This document shows, in pieces, positions 28,262 to 40,583 of a stretch of DNA of 64,000 nt (position 1 is its first letter; every line of letters starts with the position of its first letter). The notes under the pieces are model-generated. The model saw only the letters and a list, made by a program, of their open reading frames with translations, made no database searches and was not told where the DNA came from. Position numbers and translations under genes: made by a program. This stretch comes from Parasitella parasitica NRRL 2501 (Eukaryota > Fungi > Mucoromycota), in the NCBI GenBank assembly GCA_025201805.1, contig MU619257.1, positions 136,615 through 200,614 of the forward strand, read 5' to 3'.

Positions 28262-29777
28262 TTATTGTTGCTCGTCTGCCATTCTCTTCTTTTTCTTTCT
28301 AATATGTGTTTTTGCTCCGAATTGTTTATCGTGCAGTTGCTGATGCATGTTAGAATCAAAATATCAGAATGCCTTTAAAATAAAAACTTACCATGCTAGC
28401 CTCACGTTTAGCAGCAGTAACTTCAGATAGCTCTTCTAAAACTTCGCCTTCATTCACTTCATACTTTTCCATCTTTTTATCTACGCCATTCGGTCAGGGA
28501 CAAATAATTGTTGGTGTAGTTACATTAACTTACTGATATGCTCCTCAATATTCTGCACAAGTTGGATGTCCTTTTCAGCTACGATTGAAATGGCCTTACC
28601 GCCTCTACCAGCACGAGCGGTACGACCCACACGATGGATATAATCTGTTGGATCACGAGGAATGTCGTAATTCAACACACACTCCACTGAAGGAATATCC
28701 AAACCACGAGAACCCACATCTGTAGAAATCAAAATCTTGATGACTTCTGCCCTGAATTTACCAAGTGAATTCAAACGCTGTTGTTGTGACATTTCAGAAT
28801 GAAGTGCTGTACAACGAATCCCCAACTCCTTCAACATGACTGTCATCAGCTCAGCAGTTGAGCATCTGCCACAGAATATAATGATTGATTTATCCTTTAA
28901 ATCATCCGTACGTAAAAGATGTGCCAGATAAACCATTCTGACCTGAGATGGGACTAGCACGTAAAACTGATCCAGCGTGTGGACTGTAGATGTGGACATG
29001 TCGCAAATATGCACAAAAGGTCGTTTCTTGGGATCTTCCTCTGCATCACGCAACGCTAAAATTGATTCGGTCATTGTAGCTGTGAACAGTAACGTCTGTC
29101 TTTGCTTGGGTAACAGCGGTAAGATCACCTCCAGTTCAGGTACAAACGTAGATGTGAACATACGATCTGCTTCATCCATGACCAAAAATTTACAGCGTCT
29201 TAAATCCACGGCTCCGGAACTACTTCTTATATGATCGCGAAGACGACCAGGTGTAGCTATAATAATATGAGGTCGCTTTGCAAGCTCCAATGCCTGTGCC
29301 ATCATGTCTACCCGCAATTATGTCAATTATCGCATTGAGGCCCAAATTTTAAGCCAACTTACCCATGCCTCCCACAACAACACACTCCTTGACGCCCATG
29401 CCTTTTCCAAGCGCTCTAAATTGCTCGGCAATCTGGAATGCGAGTTCTCTGGTAGGTGTCAAGACCAGAGCGAACACACCATAAGGGTCTTCTGATAGTT
29501 TTTGCAAGATGGGAAGAGCAAATGCAGCGGTTTTACCTGAACCTGTCTTGGCACCGCCAATGACATCTTTTCCAGCTAAAATGGGAGGTATACAAGCTCT
29601 TTGGATCTCGGTAGGTTCCTTGATAGACATGGCTTTCAGTGAATCACTAAGCCATTCCTCAATGCCAATGTCCGTAAAGCTGCTTCCTTTGGGTGCAATT
29701 ATTTGAATCTTTTTTTCAGGTCCTTTCTTTTGAGATGCTGCGACTCTGCTTAGTGTTCTATTCGGTAATGTTGCCAT
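28262..29777 (-). CDS. DBP8: DEAD-box RNA helicase Dbp8/DDX49
   Basis: Q motif [48 protein letters not shown] (the Dbp8-type variant of SAT), [19 protein letters not shown]. Confidence 0.9.
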
Positions 29778-29966
29778 TTGTATCAGAGATGGTTGCTAAT
29801 GTCAACGAAAAAAGAGAGGAAGAAAAAAAAAAAAAAAAGGGTCAGTTGCAATGCAAAAAGGTCACATCCCTTCATGGTCACACGCCTGTCAATGCAAAGT
29901 GATCTGCATGTAATCCATTATAGTACAGTAACTTGAGAGATTGGCACACATAATGCAATTTATTCT

Positions 29967-31923
29967 TTAAAGGTAGTTATGCATCCATTCATTTTCATTG
30001 TTAATAGAGGAGACTGTTGAAGAACTCTCTGTCCTTTGTGGCGCTATTTGTGCAGCCCTTTTTTGCTCTTCCTGTACGGTTGTTTTTACTCGTGTCGCAA
30101 CATCATTAAACATTCGAATACCATTGCCTACGACTCCTTCTCCAAAATTCTTGACGTTTTTCCCTATTTCAAGGACTTTTGTAAAGTCAAATAGCTCCTC
30201 GTCTTCCTGATGAACTTTTTCTTCTTCTTCTGGTATCAATCTCTTAGAGATTAAATTTCTGTTGCTTGTTGGTGAGGACGATGGCTCTTGCATAGGTTCA
30301 GCTAGCGCCGAGAATAGAGAAGAAGGTGAGAATGGGGTTGGCAATAAGGATGATTGTGCATTTGAAGACGTGGAGGCATCCGTTGCCATGCTACTACCGC
30401 CAATTTGATTCATAAATCTAGCGAGCGTTGGGACTGCATCCATAAATGAGCTGGTTCTTCTATGCAGTATAGGAAGGGGCTTTTGAGTGGAGGTTTTGCT
30501 GGTGGTACTATTCAACATGTGTGAGCGAATGATGAAATAAAACAGTGTATATTATACAAACCTGCCTGATTTCGCTTCTTCCATTTTTTTCAACATCTTT
30601 TCAGCACCGACTTCTCCCTCTTCCTCATCTCCTTCATCATCAGAGTCAATGCTCATGATAATGTTCTTTTTGATAAATGCCAATTTCTCAGTGAAATCAT
30701 CCAATCTGTCTCCCAAAATAGACTGAGCGATAGAAGTTCGTTTATCATCTGTAACAGCTGCCAGAGGTTTTGCCTTAATCTTCTGCTCTTGAGGATCGCT
30801 ATTCAATGTGCTCAAAGGATTACCCTCTCGTAACTGAACGTGATCTATTTCACTCGTTTCTGCGCTAGTTTCTGTCGCATTGAATGAAGATGTTCTCTTT
30901 CCTTGTTCCTTTTGCCTTTTCAAAGCTAAATAATCCTCTTCTGTCATTGAGAATCGTGAAACTCGACTATCTTCCGGGATTTTCTGTGCAGACATGAGTG
31001 GCTCTTCTCCATACATAGACTTTTCAAATGAGGATTTTTTGTATATCAGCGCAGATGGCATTTCGCTGGATATTTCTGATAATGGAGGCATATGCAATAT
31101 TTCTTCTTCGATCTGTGGAATTTCTTCTCCTTGTTCTTTGCTGTCTTTTGATATGGTAATATTGTTGGTATTCTTGTTATGATCATTTAGTACAGGATTT
31201 TTCTGCGTAATTAAAGCATCCTCTGATAAATCAGATTTGGTATCATCATCTTTGTTATTACCATCATTTTCATCCCCGTATTCCTCATTGTTACTGACAT
31301 AACATCCATCTGCTATAGATTTGGTGCTATCCTCGACATCTTCATTATCTCTATAAGGTTCTGTCCAGTCGGGTTCGTTTCCATACCTTGTAAAGGAAGA
31401 TCGAGTAAAATTTGCTAGCTCTTCTTCTCCAGAAACCTACGTTGCAAATATTAGGCCCCCCACAATGAAAGAATTTTTTCGTCTCTTTTAATTAGCTTAC
31501 TTTTGGTGTAAAGCTGTCTATTCGATGTTCTTCTGTTGCAAATATTTGCCTGTTGCTGGGAACACTCTGGTTTCCTTTATTCGACGAGACGCTAGCAAAA
31601 GGGTTTCGAGATAATGATGCCTGGGATCCCCCTTCTGTTTGCAAAAATACACTTGGCAAGTTATCATTTCGATCATCCTCGTTGTGTGTGTGGAACAAAG
31701 ATGAAGAAAAATTCGGCTGGCTGTAATCCTCATCATTACTGTCATTGTCTGAATCACCTGGCAATCGAATTTCACCTCCACCTTTACCGAGGCTGATATG
31801 GCTACAGCAAGGAATAGACCATTTTGAGGAGTTTCTTGCAAAGACAGACTGGCTTTGAGAGGCACTAACCTCGTCTTGGTCTGTTGACAAGTGGATACTG
31901 GATTTTGGTTGAAACAAAGACAT
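29967..31923 (-). CDS. Uncharacterized multi-exon acidic/Ser-rich protein
   Basis: Consecutive minus-strand ORFs separated by GT-AG introns, from MSLFQPKSSIHL to ...EWMHNYL*. Confidence 0.7.
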
Positions 31924-32688
31924 TCTGCAGGTGAATATGAAAAGTAAAGAGCAAAGAGAAAAAAATGGAAAGTTACATATATACTGCTGTAACGTATCAC
32001 AAAATCGCTTGTGTGGTACAATGAAATTAAAAAAAGAAATATACTGAAGTGATAAAAGGCGCTTGAGCGTTAAGGGAGAATTGATTGACGGAATCTGCAT
32101 TATCATATAACAGCAATATGTCATCTTTTATAATGTACACTTGAGTTTTGGTGTAATATAATGGCGACATGTCGATTCTCTGTATTTGCCCGCACAGCTT
32201 TAAACCAACCATCTACAGTGCCCAAGGAAGCGACTGAGAATGTTCCAGGCTTGCATAAATCCGCCGCTTAGTTTCGTTTTTGGAATACGTCTGACGAAAT
32301 GTGACATAACGTTGGTTGCTGAGCACTGGTTTGCTTCACAATTTCCAGTCTTGAGTATACATGCAAAACTAATTTCATCGTACAGCACCTTTGACATACA
32401 TAATGCTTATGGTATCGTTGATACTATGAGCATATCTTTAAGAACATAGCAAATAGATCATATAGTCGCTTTGCTGATCAAGTACTGAATTACATCTGAA
32501 GGTCAAAATGCATTGTCATGTATTTGAAACTGAGAGAATCGAATCACAGTAAACTTTGGTCATATGTTAAAATCTGTCATAGTATGATTTTTACTATTGA
32601 AAAGTTTAATTACAAAAAGGATGGAAATTTAAAGTAACAATGTGGTGTATGTGATAAAAAGAGATATAGTGTACAAAGAAAGAAGCAT

Positions 32689-33425
32689 TTAAGCAGAAGC
32701 AGCGTCTATATTATACCAAGGAAAAAATCAATATAATTACTTTCTCCCACACATTTTCAACAACTTACATCCAATGACACCACAAGCCAGACGGTCACCA
32801 GAATTGCCAGTTGTTTTGGATAGAGGAGAGTTACCTAAACCAAGATCATCCTCACCAGCGTGGAGTACAATACCTCGACTGCATGAAAAATTAATAACGA
32901 ATGTCGTATTGAATATCTGTATATCAGAGCTTACCCAATAACAGAGAAAGGACCATTCAAATGAACAGTGCTAATGGTAAGATTGAGTGTAGCAGTGCCA
33001 TCAGCAGTAGCTACAATGTTACCAAAATCACCAGCATGTCTTTCATCACCCTCAGTAGAGCCGTGAGTATGATTAAAGGGATTATAATGAGGGCCAAGCG
33101 AAGTACAACCTGATTACAATGAGTTAATGTACTGATAAAATAGACAATGGGCATAATTACCATTGGAAAGGTCACCAAGTTCATGAATGTGAAGACCATG
33201 TTTACCTTCAGCTAAACCAGTAAAATTGGCAAAAATTTGGGTTGGGTCTTGAAGACCAGTTTGAGTGAAGATAACAGAACCAGCGATACCAGGATCAGTG
33301 ATACCAGTAAGGATTGCAATGGCCTTAATAGTCTCGTGTTGCATAAGTTGAGAAGGCTTACAGGCAACAGAAGATAGGGCAGTTGCAATCAGAGCAGTGG
33401 CAAAGGATGCAATAGAAAATTTCAT
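32689..33425 (-). CDS. Cu/Zn superoxide dismutase with N-terminal signal peptide, 4 exons
   Basis: [22 protein letters not shown] signal; [12 protein letters not shown]|[13 protein letters not shown]...RHAGDFGN...|[13 protein letters not shown]...[14 protein letters not shown]. Confidence 0.92.
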
Positions 33426-34013
33426 TTTGTATCAAGAATTGTGTGATAATGAAAAGGAAACGAGAAAAAAAAGGAATTGTGCGCATCCAAGCTTTATTTA
33501 TGAATGCATTTTATTGTTGCTTTTGTTTTGGTTTGATAGGTTTAAATTGACTCCCAAAATAGCAACGCAATGAACTAAATCTGTTTCGTATAAAAGAAAC
33601 CTTTTAGGCACAACAAAGCTTTTAATCTGATAACAAAAACAAGAATTATTTTGTGGAGTTTTATTAGAATTTAAGACCGAAGATTCCATCTGATGAAGAA
33701 AATGGCTACAATTTACTATGATGTTAAGGCAAAAGGAGAATTTAATAAATAGCGGTAGTATGGCTTGAATATAATTGAAATTATTTTCAAAATGAATCAC
33801 ACCTACTATACGTTAATAGGCACAAAGAAAGATACTAATTGATGAGGACAAATCTAATAATAAAACAATAGAGCTTAGATAATATTTGCTTAGATCGTTG
33901 GCTGAGTAAATTTCTTGTGAAAGAAAAACCTTCCCAAAAGACAAGGCTGAGTAAAGAGTATATAGAAGAAATAAATATAGATGTTTAGAAACAGAGAAAA
34001 GATACTAGCACTT

Positions 34014-34740
34014 TTACACGAGCAACCAATTCACCATAGAGGCACCAGGATCTTGGGGAGTAGGAGGAGGGACTTGTTCATGAAATAAGTGATCCATTTC
34101 ATGGATTCTTGGTTTTTTAACAGGTAGATGCTTTCGTAAATAGGATAGTGGATCTTCAATTGATAAAGGCATTTGTAGTCGACTGTGCATATGGAGACAT
34201 TCAATAGCATGTTTACGTGTAAAGTTTTCTAGCGAATGATAGATGCAGGGACGAGGAATACCACCAGGCAACCAACTAAGACGCCAACCGAGGATTTGAC
34301 TACGTTCAATATTTGTCATCAGCAAGAAAAGAATTGGGTCTATAATCATTTCAGGGGTGCAAGCAGATATCTATTTGGAATTTGTTCCAGCGCAGAGGGT
34401 TTCATAGCTATCTTCGAGAACCTTTCGTTTGAGTTGTTTGAAGGCGCGTTGACCAAGGTATCTGCAATCGGGGCACATTCTTTCCAGAGAGGGTTTTAAG
34501 TACCAATTAGACTAGTCGATGTTTTGATATGTGGGAATAGTATCCTCAGCAGTGTACTATATCATCCGGCAAATCAAGGGAGCAAATTACGTACTTGGTC
34601 CGGAGGCTCCTAGACCTATCTGTCATTGATAATTGTTGTACCAGATGTAACATGACTTTAGTGGAAGATTTATGAGAACCACCGCAAATGCGCCGAATGC
34701 ATTCATTTTGACAAGCTTCAAGTTTCTTAAAGTGAGTGGT
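34014..34740 (-). pseudogene. Degenerate 3' part of a non-LTR (LINE-like) retrotransposon ORF
   Basis: IDPIL..M...ERS..LGWRLSWLPGG.P.PC.YH......HAIECL.MH.RL.MP..I.DPLS is typical of Mucorales non-LTR ORF C-termini; the upstream part is broken by stops and frameshifts. Confidence 0.65.
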
Positions 34741-35210
34741 TTGCAGTCTTTTCCTTTCATTTTCAGACTTTTATTATGCTTATTCGATACTCTAAGATTA
34801 TTTCTTGGATGTAGTGAATAAATAAATTATAATTTGAAAATAAAAGACAAGAGATTCTGCCAAGGTTGTTATTTATTCAGAGCATATATATACAATCTTT
34901 GAACGAGTGATATGAATTTATTGTTCATTCAAGACATTTATATTTCGTATCGTAAGATTTATGGTCGTCAATGGAGAATTAAACTTGGTCTAGACTGTTT
35001 GACCCAAAGTTGCCATTACGTACATTGGCTTTTGCGAAAATCACTTGTACCAAAAAGAGAAGCGAGTCCACCACTTGATAATTTCTGTGGCTATGTCAAA
35101 GCCTGCCAGTATTGCCAAACCTAACTTTTGCATACAATTTTATTAGTCAAACATTAGGCAACATTATAAATAAAGAAAAAAAAGTAGTTCGCAATAAAGT
35201 GGGATGATAA

Positions 35211-35538
35211 TGCAGAAACTGACCCAAGACGAGAGCATTGCACTCGAACGTAAGGATTCAGTACACCTTCAGGAGTAGCGATGCTATCCTAAAGGCCTCT
35301 TGCAAAAAAGTCCATTGTAGGTGCAAAAACTGACCCAAGACGAGAGCATTACACTCGAACGTAAGGATACAGTACACCCTCAAGAGTAGCGATGCTATCC
35401 TAAGGGCCTTATGCAAAGACAGTCTATTGTTGCCGATCACTACTGTAGGTGCAGAAACTGACCCAAGACGAGAGCATTACACTCGAACGTAAGGATTCAG
35501 TACACCTTCAGGAGTAGCGATGCTATCCAAAAGGCCTC
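35211..35538. repeat. Three near-identical 89-bp direct repeats (periods 111 and 128 bp)
   Basis: Cores at 35211-35299, 35322-35410 and 35450-35538: TGCARAAACTGACCCAAGACGAGAGCATTRCACTCGAACGTAAGGAT...GAGTAGCGATGCTATCC...GGCCT. Confidence 0.95.
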
Positions 35539-36423
35539 ACACACCATCAATTTAGGAAAATTAAATGAGAGGATACTTATCTTATATAAAAAAGACCATT
35601 TTTAAAAAAAAGTAGTGAAAGTGAAAAAATATGGATGATGTTAGTCATAAAATGAGCATGCTTTGCTAAATGAAACGCGGTTTTGCAAGCACGTTATTTC
35701 TTTCAACTAGATGGTATACTGTCTGTATTACTATGGTTATTTATAAAGGACAAAAAGGTAATATATCTTTTGGTATTATTTCTTTTCACATAAGGGTTTC
35801 AACTCCAACTTTTATAATTTAAAATCTTGGCATCAGATCTATGTTTTTAAGTCTTAAAGTTAACCTAATATCATAGAAATATCACAATTTATAACGGAAT
35901 GCGTTAAGCCAACGTTGATTGGGTTTTTGCGAAGATATAAAGACTTATTGGCTTGCTGGCATGAAGAGAAAATTGACGACGTAGAATTTCGCAAGTTATG
36001 GACTGAAAGATTTAATTCGATGTACGAAACCATGGCTCACTGCTCATAAGTGGGGTCCTCTAATCCAATCATAACCTCTAGTTTACAGGTTATTGGGTTT
36101 AAATGTGGTTTTAAGCCAATAAAATTGAGCAATTAATTCTAAACGACCAATGAAAATGCTCAAAACGAGGTTACTGGGTTTCAAATAGTTCAATTAATAT
36201 CCTATCTCCTGGATCACAAAATACAACATCAATCGTCAATTGTGATGCGCTGTCCCAAAACCCATGAAGCGAGGGGCACACAAAGTGTATAAAATAAGCG
36301 TTGGTTTGGTTTATTGCTGTCTCACTTGGAAAGATTCAAAATATACAAATTTTGGATACAACGCATAAATTTATAAATTTACGAAAGCTTTACTTTGGAC
36401 AACATCTTTAAAATCTCTTTACA

Positions 36424-39400
36424 ATGACAAAATCTACAGGCAAAGGTCGTGGCCGTCTTGCAGGCTCTAAAAATAAACCAAAAAAAGATGCATCGCAAAA
36501 AAGAATGGATGCATTCACTCAAAAAAAGTCAACTCAAGAAGAAATTTACTCTGGAAACTCCAATTCTACCAACTTTTCAAGTATTAGTGAATCTACGTTT
36601 TCTCCAGAGGTAGGTGAACATTGCGTAGACAATCAAAAAGTGTCAAACCTCTCATACATTCCAATAAAGAAAAATTCAACTGCAAGTAATGCAGACTTCT
36701 TGCCCTCAAGAAGCCAAGAAGAAAATGGCGCCTTTGAACCTCTGGACTACGAGGAAAGTGATGATAACCAAGAGGACGATGATGATCTTTACATTGATCG
36801 TGACTCTATTGAAAGAGAAGAAGAAGAATTTATTGCAATTGTTGAAGGTAGTCCTGTTGATGAATTGACTAAAACAATTCTTGAAAGACTTGGAAGATCT
36901 GCCAACCGTGGCGAACCTCCATCAGAATATACAGTTGGCAGGACCTTCTGGGTGTCCAGTACATGTCCAAGTTTTGCTCTGCAAGGGAATCAAGCACCGA
37001 AACCCAAGGATCTATATACACCTAGAATGTTTTTACGGTTTCCACAATATTTGACGGGCAATGGAAAAAAGCTACTTTGTAGTGTACCTAAATGCAACGG
37101 ACATCTCAATGTGAAAGGCTTTACACCTAAAGCTCGTCGAGTGATTGACATTAAAGAGTAATTATATTTATGCTATGCTAGCTATAATATTAACGCATTA
37201 ATTGTATTTACACTGTATTTTCTAGCTCTTTTTACATGCTGACATCTCGTTTCGTTTGCTCCAAATCTGCCCAGCATAACTTTACTGGTTATGACAATAA
37301 TCTCATTCGCCAGTTGCCTCTTCGAGTGCAAAATGATTTTCCGGCTCTGCTTACATTGAAGTCTGGTCTATCTTCCTCTTTAGTCGATTTAATACGTCCA
37401 TTGATGCAAAACTCTGTTGGTCCTGGAAGAATACATAAGATTCTAAGAGGACTCCATCGCCTACGATATGAAAATCTTCAATTTCAATATCTCGATGCTG
37501 CCCTTGAGTACAAAAACTCGTCTTCTGGCTTAATAACATATAAGGCAGCTGATTTTTCAGAATTTGAAGATTCAAAGGGATACTCTGGCCGTGTGCCTTC
37601 AGCTGTGTATATTGGTTATGTGTATACTTCGTATATGGAAAATCTGAAGGCAAAAATTGATTCAGAAATGATGAAGCTTGGCGGTGTTGTGTTAAAAGGA
37701 GATCACACCTTCAAAATTATTAAAAAAATAGCAAAACTCAAAGGTGTCTCCATATTCACGGCTCTTTACACCGTTTGTAACGAATTTGAGGAGATTCGTA
37801 TGATGGTTCTTGCCCCAACAAAGTCCATACTGCATTTGGAAGAACGCTTTCTAGAGATGATGAAGACTTATTTGAAAAACGAGGAAGAAAAACCTCGTAT
37901 TTTCTACACTGATAATGTCGTGGCTGATCAGCCAAGTCTGGAACGATGGATTCCATCATTGAAAGAAAACGTCCAGCATACCAACGAGGAGCTTGAAGTC
38001 AATTCAGGCCTTCCAGCTTATACACTTCCTGATGATGTCTCCATTATATACCTGCAATCTGCTGTACAAATTAATACAATGGCCTCAAGATTAATTGATT
38101 GCTTGCATGCAGATATCAGTGGTCGCATTATACCGATACACGTAGGCTTTGATTGCGAGTGGACAACAAAGTATATCAACAAAGCTTCGTTTAGGCAGAA
38201 AATATCATTGATACAAATTGCATTCAAAAAATCTGTATACCTATTTCATCTTGGTAATACCCATCAAATGCCTGGTCAACTGAAGCTCTTGATTGAAGAT
38301 ATCAATGTCATTAAAGTGGGACGTTGTGTCAAACAAGATTTGCAGAAACTTGAAGCTGATTACCATGTTGACAAAGCTTCATATCACCCAAAAGCTTTTC
38401 TTGATCTGGGAAGTAGATATATGGAAATGGGCCATACAGACTCATTAAAGCAATGGTCACTTCAGAAACTTTGCGATGATGTCTTGGGTAAATACCTAGC
38501 TAAGCCCAGTAGCGTACGCTGTGGCGATTGGCAGGCTACTGTTCTAGATGCAGATCAAAGGAAGTATGCTGCTATTGATGCCTACGTTGCTCTGGATTTG
38601 TTCGAAAAATTGAAGACTCTGAAAATATTAAACCGCCCAGTAAACCAAAAATCGAATGTTGATACTATTGTCAACGTGTACGCCACACCAAAGACTTGCC
38701 GTGGGAAACAGCTAGCGGTTGGAAAAATTGTAGAGTCTCCTGATGACAATATAAACTGTAAAAACTGTGTAGCAGTTCAAGTATCAAAGGTCTTTAGGTC
38801 TGATTCATATGCTCCAGTGTGCCATCATGAGAACAGAATCTCTAGTAGATTGAAAAAAACGTTTACTGCAATGAATGTGGAAGAAAACACCACAACTATA
38901 CGTCTCAGCCAAAGGTGCTTGAAGACTACTAAACTGAAAGTTGAAAACATCTCATTATTGAAAAGCACAACCTCTCCAACTCTTGTGTTAAAAGACCCGT
39001 TCCATTTGATGGACTCAATACCTATCTCTGAAAAACATGGTGCTCACAAAATTTTTATGTCTCGGTTTAGTGATGCCCTGTTTGTTCCAAGTATTGAAGA
39101 CAAGAAAAAAGTAGGAGACGCTTTAAAACTTCAGAACACAACATATGAAATCGTTTCGAAGGAGAGCCCTGTTTGGATTGCAAAGAGGGTACGCAGAATC
39201 ATCCCTAGACCAAACGATTTGTTGCCAGTTATTGAAAAACTGTTTAAAGAGTTTGAAGGCACTGAGTGTGCAAAGACCGGGCTACCGCTTTTTGACAAAG
39301 CGTGTAAGGCACAGGCTGTCAAGGTCCTCAATGCTATTAGCAGAGGCCATGTATCCGATCCTGTTGGCATTCCATTATACCACATTCGATACGTTGATGG

Positions 39401-40339
39401 GTTGGGGTTGCCCGTGTATAGGTGTATTCGTGGCACAAACAGTTTGGAAGGAGGCGTACATACAAACATCATTAGAAAATTTTCAATGTATAACGCTTCT
39501 CCAAGGCTTGCTGATTGTCTGCTGACTGATTATCGTCTTAGACATAATACCGATGTGAGTAACATATATTTTGATGCATGTTCTATTTTAATGAATTGTA
39601 AAATTATTAATCAATAGGTTGGATCTCTTAATCGTTATAATGTGGTTCACAAGACCCATTATAACCCCTGGCTGGTCCAGGGAATTAATCATTTAAAAAG
39701 TGAGCTAGGTATGACTGTAAAAGGCTCATACTATGACCCTGATAGTAATAGTATACATTTCTTTCCTGTTGGAGAGACTTTTGGTATCTGCCCTGTCCCT
39801 GATTTTACCAAGCATCATTTGGAAATGATCTCACAAGATTCTGACGCAGACTCTATACCATTTATATCTCTACAACGATTCAAGATGTTTTACAGATATG
39901 TGCACTATCGATGGTATCTGTTCGTAGACTGAAAATGTCTACGTATCAATATCTAGCGTACATGCAAAATACCCAATACCCGGTTTTACCCATTCATACC
40001 AAAAATGAACAAGACAAGTTCTGGACACTATACACTCAACTAAAATCAGTAAATAATAGAGCAAAACCTGATTTTGTAAAAATGGCAAAGGAATGGTGTC
40101 GAAGCACAAACATCCAAAACCAAGCACTTCCTGATGGCAAAATACCAGTTGACTTTTATAAGATTCCCGAGTTACTCGAATCTTTCTTCAACAAATCACA
40201 AAATAATGATATCTATGTCAACACCACCAAAATATCGAAAAATGCAACCAAGCTGGCTGCCACAAAAAATGCTGTCAATCCTGAAAAGCAAAACCGTCAA
40301 AAATGTAAATTCTTCAACAATGCTGAGATACCAAATTAA
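36424..40339 (+). mobile_element. Spliced Mutator-like (DUF6729-type) transposase gene with an embedded DnaQ/WRN-like 3'-5' exonuclease domain; frameshift near the 3' end
   Basis: Exons about 36424-37157, 37225-39554 and 39618-40339. N-terminal Cys/His region (CSVPKC...ARRVID...FVC...QLP..VQNDFPA), GDHTFK (37701), FYTDN (37911), KDPFH (38993), RGTNSLEGGVH (about 39430); exonuclease motifs VGFDCEW, QDLQKL and YAAIDAY at about 38140-38590. Confidence 0.75.
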
Positions 40340-40583
40340 CTTTTTAGTGTATATGGTTATAATATCTTAGAATAAATACACTATAATCAGCAAATAAACT
40401 GTGCGCACCTGGATGAATTAAAAGTTGTGTAATGACTATACATAGATCAGATCAAAATAAATTTTACAGCTACAAATCCTTTTAAGTGTATATATTAAGA
40501 TAATAAGACCATTATATCATAATAGCTCTCGAAAGCTGGTTACATATGATGCATTTGCCTACCATAATCGATAGTTCAAATTA

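Noticed and set aside
28262-29777. RNA helicase as a marker of the Mucorales sex locus (rnhA)
   Set aside because: The helicase is clearly Dbp8, and no HMG-box sexP/sexM or triose-phosphate transporter gene is adjacent.
35211-35538. CRISPR-like array or self-cleaving ribozyme array
   Set aside because: The linkers are homologous to each other rather than unique spacers, the repeats are 89 bp, and there are no cas genes. The hammerhead core (CUGANGA...GAAA) and the HDV P1.1/J4-2 elements could not be fitted on either strand.
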